Positions 60,964 through 64,000 of a stretch of 64,000 nt of DNA are shown piece after piece. Below the pieces are notes generated by a model. That model made no database searches and was not told the DNA's origin. It saw nothing but the letters and a program-made list of their open reading frames with translations. This DNA is from Antedon mediterranea (lineage: Eukaryota > Animalia > Echinodermata): positions 2,108,001 to 2,172,000 of the forward strand of contig NC_092672.1 in assembly GCF_964355755.1 (NCBI RefSeq), written 5' to 3'. How positions within the stretch are numbered: position 1 is the stretch's first letter; each line of letters opens with the position of its first letter. A program made the translations under genes and the position numbers.

Positions 60964-61857
60964 TTAAACACTGGAAGATGTCTGGAATACACCCTTCGAC
61001 GTCTTCTGGACAGTAGATGGAGCACTGGAACATGTCTGGAATACACCCTTCGACGTCTTCTGGACAGTAGATGGAGCACTGGAACATGTCTGGAATACAC
61101 CCTTCGACGTCTTCTGGACAGTAGATGGAGCACTGGAATATGTCTGGAATACACCCTTCGACGTCTTCTGGATAGTAGATGGAGCACTGGAAGATGTCTG
61201 GAATACACCCTTCGACGTCTTCTGGACAGATGGAGCAATCCTAATTTCATTTCTCTCTTTAACTTTAAAATGCATTTTACTAAACATAGAGATTGCTTTT
61301 GATTTATGTTGGATATTTCCTATTTGCTTTGCAAAAGAAACGCCATTAAAACGCTGATATAAAGACTTGTTGGAGTGTTGTAGTAAATAGTCTGTAGGCA
61401 AACTCCTCTTAATCAACGCATCACTGTTAAGCCGACTTTTTTCAAGTAGTTTCTCGATTTGTTGTTTTTTCTTGAACTCTATCCGCTTTACGACCATGTC
61501 CCGTTCGTAGGCCGTAGTGTTATAGCACCTTCCGTTATATCGGCCGTACAGTGGAGGCAGGGTGTTAGAGTCGCTCTCTTTATTATTCTGCAAAGACACT
61601 ATGTGAACTAATGCCTTTTTGTATAACTCATGGTCCTCAAGTTGTTTTCTAAGCTTCTCCTGTATAGCAATGTTATGAGTCTCATCTATTTGTACCCTGT
61701 AGCTAAGTTTCTGTATATGTCGGTCTAAACGAAGACTTTCCGTCAAATTCAGCGTGTTCGCTCTCCGGAACAACCTCTCGCTCGAGCTTTGCAATGCCAC
61801 CATCCTATCACAACCATTTTTTGTTGTCTGGTTCTGAAACGTCACTGACTTTTTCAT
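60964..61857 (-). CDS. Uncharacterised basic protein with a coiled-coil-like N-terminal part and five C-terminal 18-aa repeats
   Basis: The frame is open from 61977 to 60964 in AT-rich DNA. An acceptor TTTTTGGTAG ending at 61875 precedes the ATG at 61857 (MKKSVTFQ), which suggests the true start. Repeat unit TVQKTSKGVFQTCSSAPS. Confidence 0.6.
   Translation of the reverse strand: MKKSVTFQNQTTKNGCDRMVALQSSSERLFRRANTLNLTESLRLDRHIQKLSYRVQIDETHNIAIQEKLRKQLEDHELYKKALVHIVSLQNNKESDSNTLPPLYGRYNGRCYNTTAYERDMVVKRIEFKKKQQIEKLLEKSRLNSDALIKRSLPTDYLLQHSNKSLYQRFNGVSFAKQIGNIQHKSKAISMFSKMHFKVKERNEIRIAPSVQKTSKGVFQTSSSAPSTIQKTSKGVFQTYSSAPSTVQKTSKGVFQTCSSAPSTVQKTSKGVFQTCSSAPSTVQKTSKGVFQTSSSV
60969..61238 (-). 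repeat. 54-bp coding minisatellite x5
   Basis: Visible period of 54 bp (e.g. 60982 and 61036). Confidence 0.95.
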
Positions 61858-62935
61858 CTTCTTCAATGTAAATTCTACCAAAAAGATAATTAGGACGAAC
61901 GTAAGGAAATGATGTTTACAAGACAAACACGGTTTATGCCGGTCCATTCCTATTTGAAAAAAGCTGATACGACCCATTTAACATGATCCATTATTATATG
62001 GGCCAAGTAATCTAAGCCTAGTTAATAAGTGCGGGACCAAGAAACTAGGCCTACTCAGCTTCTCAAATTAAGAAAAAAACAATTTCACTAAACACTACGA
62101 ATTCCCTACCGTTGATAGAAGCCTCTGTCCTTTTCCGTTTTCTAATGTCTACCTATAACTTTAATGTATCGTCTTTAGACATTTCCAAAATAAATGACTA
62201 TTGATTATATAAAGCAAGTCTTTGTATAAAACCTTCTATACAAATTCAATTAAAACTGCTAGGCTAATCGATATCTAGGTTTAAATCATAATACAGACTG
62301 TCTCATGCGTCGTCTGTATTTTATCCTGCACTCCTAACGTTTTGGTAGGGCCTAAGTTTAATTTTTGTTTAAGGGTTCACAAAAAGCCAAGACTGTCATT
62401 ATTCAAAACTCGTATTTATTTGGTTTTAAGAAGTTAGGTTGAAATAACGTTCTATTATACAACCGTGTAGGCCAACAATTTTTAGGAATTAAATATTGAA
62501 AAGGTAACCTCGAAAATTCGTATCATTGTTCCAGATATACAAAAGGTGCTACAGGCCTATTATAATGAACCCGACATAATCAAAATAACAATGCAGGTCA
62601 CGTACGTATGACTGGCAGACAGGAATTTGATTCTTTCAATGGATGTAACACTGTACTTAATGCACGCAATATAAATTGAAATTATAGGCATATAAGAATA
62701 TATCTTTATTTATTTTATTTAATCATATAACAAGATATAAACTCAGGATTTACAAAAACAAAAAGAATAAAAAATTAAACAAACTATAAGCAATATACAG
62801 CTGAAATTAAAAAAAATAATGCTTCTTTTTATTATAGAATAATATACATTTTGTTGAAAAGGTTTAAAATAATACACGAGAAGACCGATACGAGAGAGAA
62901 CCCTATTCCAAAGGTTTGTTGCAGACGTCATACCA

Positions 62936-64000
62936 TTAGACCATACTCTTTACTTTACTCTTTAGAACATACTCTTTACTTTACTCTTTCGACCATACTA
63001 TTTACTTTACTCTTTAGAACATACTCTTTACTTTACTCTTTAGACCATACTCTTTACTTTACTCTTTAGATCATACTCTTTACTTTACTCTTTAGACCAT
63101 ACTATTTACTTTACTCTTTAGACCATACTATTTACTTTACTCTTTAGAACATACTATTTACTTTACTCTTTAGAACATACTCTTTACTTTACTCTTTAGA
63201 CCATACTATTTACTTTACTCTTTAGACCATACTATTTACTTTACTCTTTAGATCATACTATTTACTTTACTCTTTAGACCATACTATTTACTTTACTCTT
63301 TAGATCATACTATTTACTTTACTCTTTAGACCATACTATTTACTTTACTCTTTAGATCATACTATTTACTTTACTCTTTAGACCATACTATTTACTTTAC
63401 TCTTTAGACCATACTGTTTACTTTACTCTTTAGACCATACTATTTACTTTACTCTTTAGACCATACTCTTTACTTTACTCTTTATATCATACTATTTACT
63501 TTACTCTTTAGACCATACTCTTTACTTTACTCTTTAGATCATACTATTTACTTTACTCTTTAGACCATACTATTTACTTTACTCTTTAGATCATACTCTT
63601 TACTTTACTCTTTAGACCATACTATTTACTTTACTCTTTAGAACATACTATTTACTTTACTCTTTAGACCATACTCTTTACTTTACTCTTTAGATCATAC
63701 TCTTTACTTTACTCTTTAGATCATACTATTTACTTTACTCTTTAGATCATACTCTTTACTTTACTCTTTAGACCATACTATTTACTTTACTCTTTAGAAC
63801 ATACTCTTTACTTTACTCTTTAGATCATACTATTTACTTTACTCTTTAGACCATACTCTTTACTTTACTCTTTAGATCATACTCTTTACTTTACTCTTTA
63901 GACCATACTATTTACTTTACTCTTTAGACCATACTCTTTACTTTACTCTTTAGATCATACTATTTACTTTACTCTTTAGACCATACTCTTTACTTTACTC
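62936..64000 (+). repeat. 26-bp satellite (TAGACCATACTCTTTACTTTACTCTT) x~41, runs off the window
   Basis: Visible tandem array; variation is almost confined to two positions. Confidence 0.98.

Noticed and set aside
61858-61977. N-terminal hydrophobic segment of the 337-aa ORF as a signal or TM helix
   Set aside because: It coincides with a T-rich acceptor region upstream of the AG at 61876-61875, so it is likely intronic.

Overview
AT-rich, intron-rich animal genomic DNA. It is probably an invertebrate deuterostome such as an echinoderm, inferred from Deu-domain SINEs. From left to right: (1) the 5' end of a KLHL17-like kelch gene (- strand), head-to-head with a complete 17-exon EXOC8/Exo84 gene that has a GC-AG intron 1 and a U12-type intron 2; (2) two tandem TMEM26-like genes; (3) a ~31 kb cluster of three cysteine-rich, protease-inhibitor-type genes built one domain per phase-1 exon. 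W1 is a secreted 3-WAP protein. W2 is a secreted 11-WAP protein with a Ser-Gly tail. W3 is a predicted GPI-anchored protein of at least ~1,870 aa with 11 WAP and 41+1 antistasin/guamerin-like modules in a homogenised higher-order exon array; (4) an uncharacterised - strand ORF with 18-aa repeats; (5) a 26-bp satellite running off the end. Introns and intergenic DNA hold many MITEs, SINEs (one with a 5S+tRNA composite head), a 5'-truncated LINE with an open RT frame, and a 128-bp-arm palindrome. All gene models were built by hand from splice sites and reading frames. Family assignments come from remembered motifs, not database searches.
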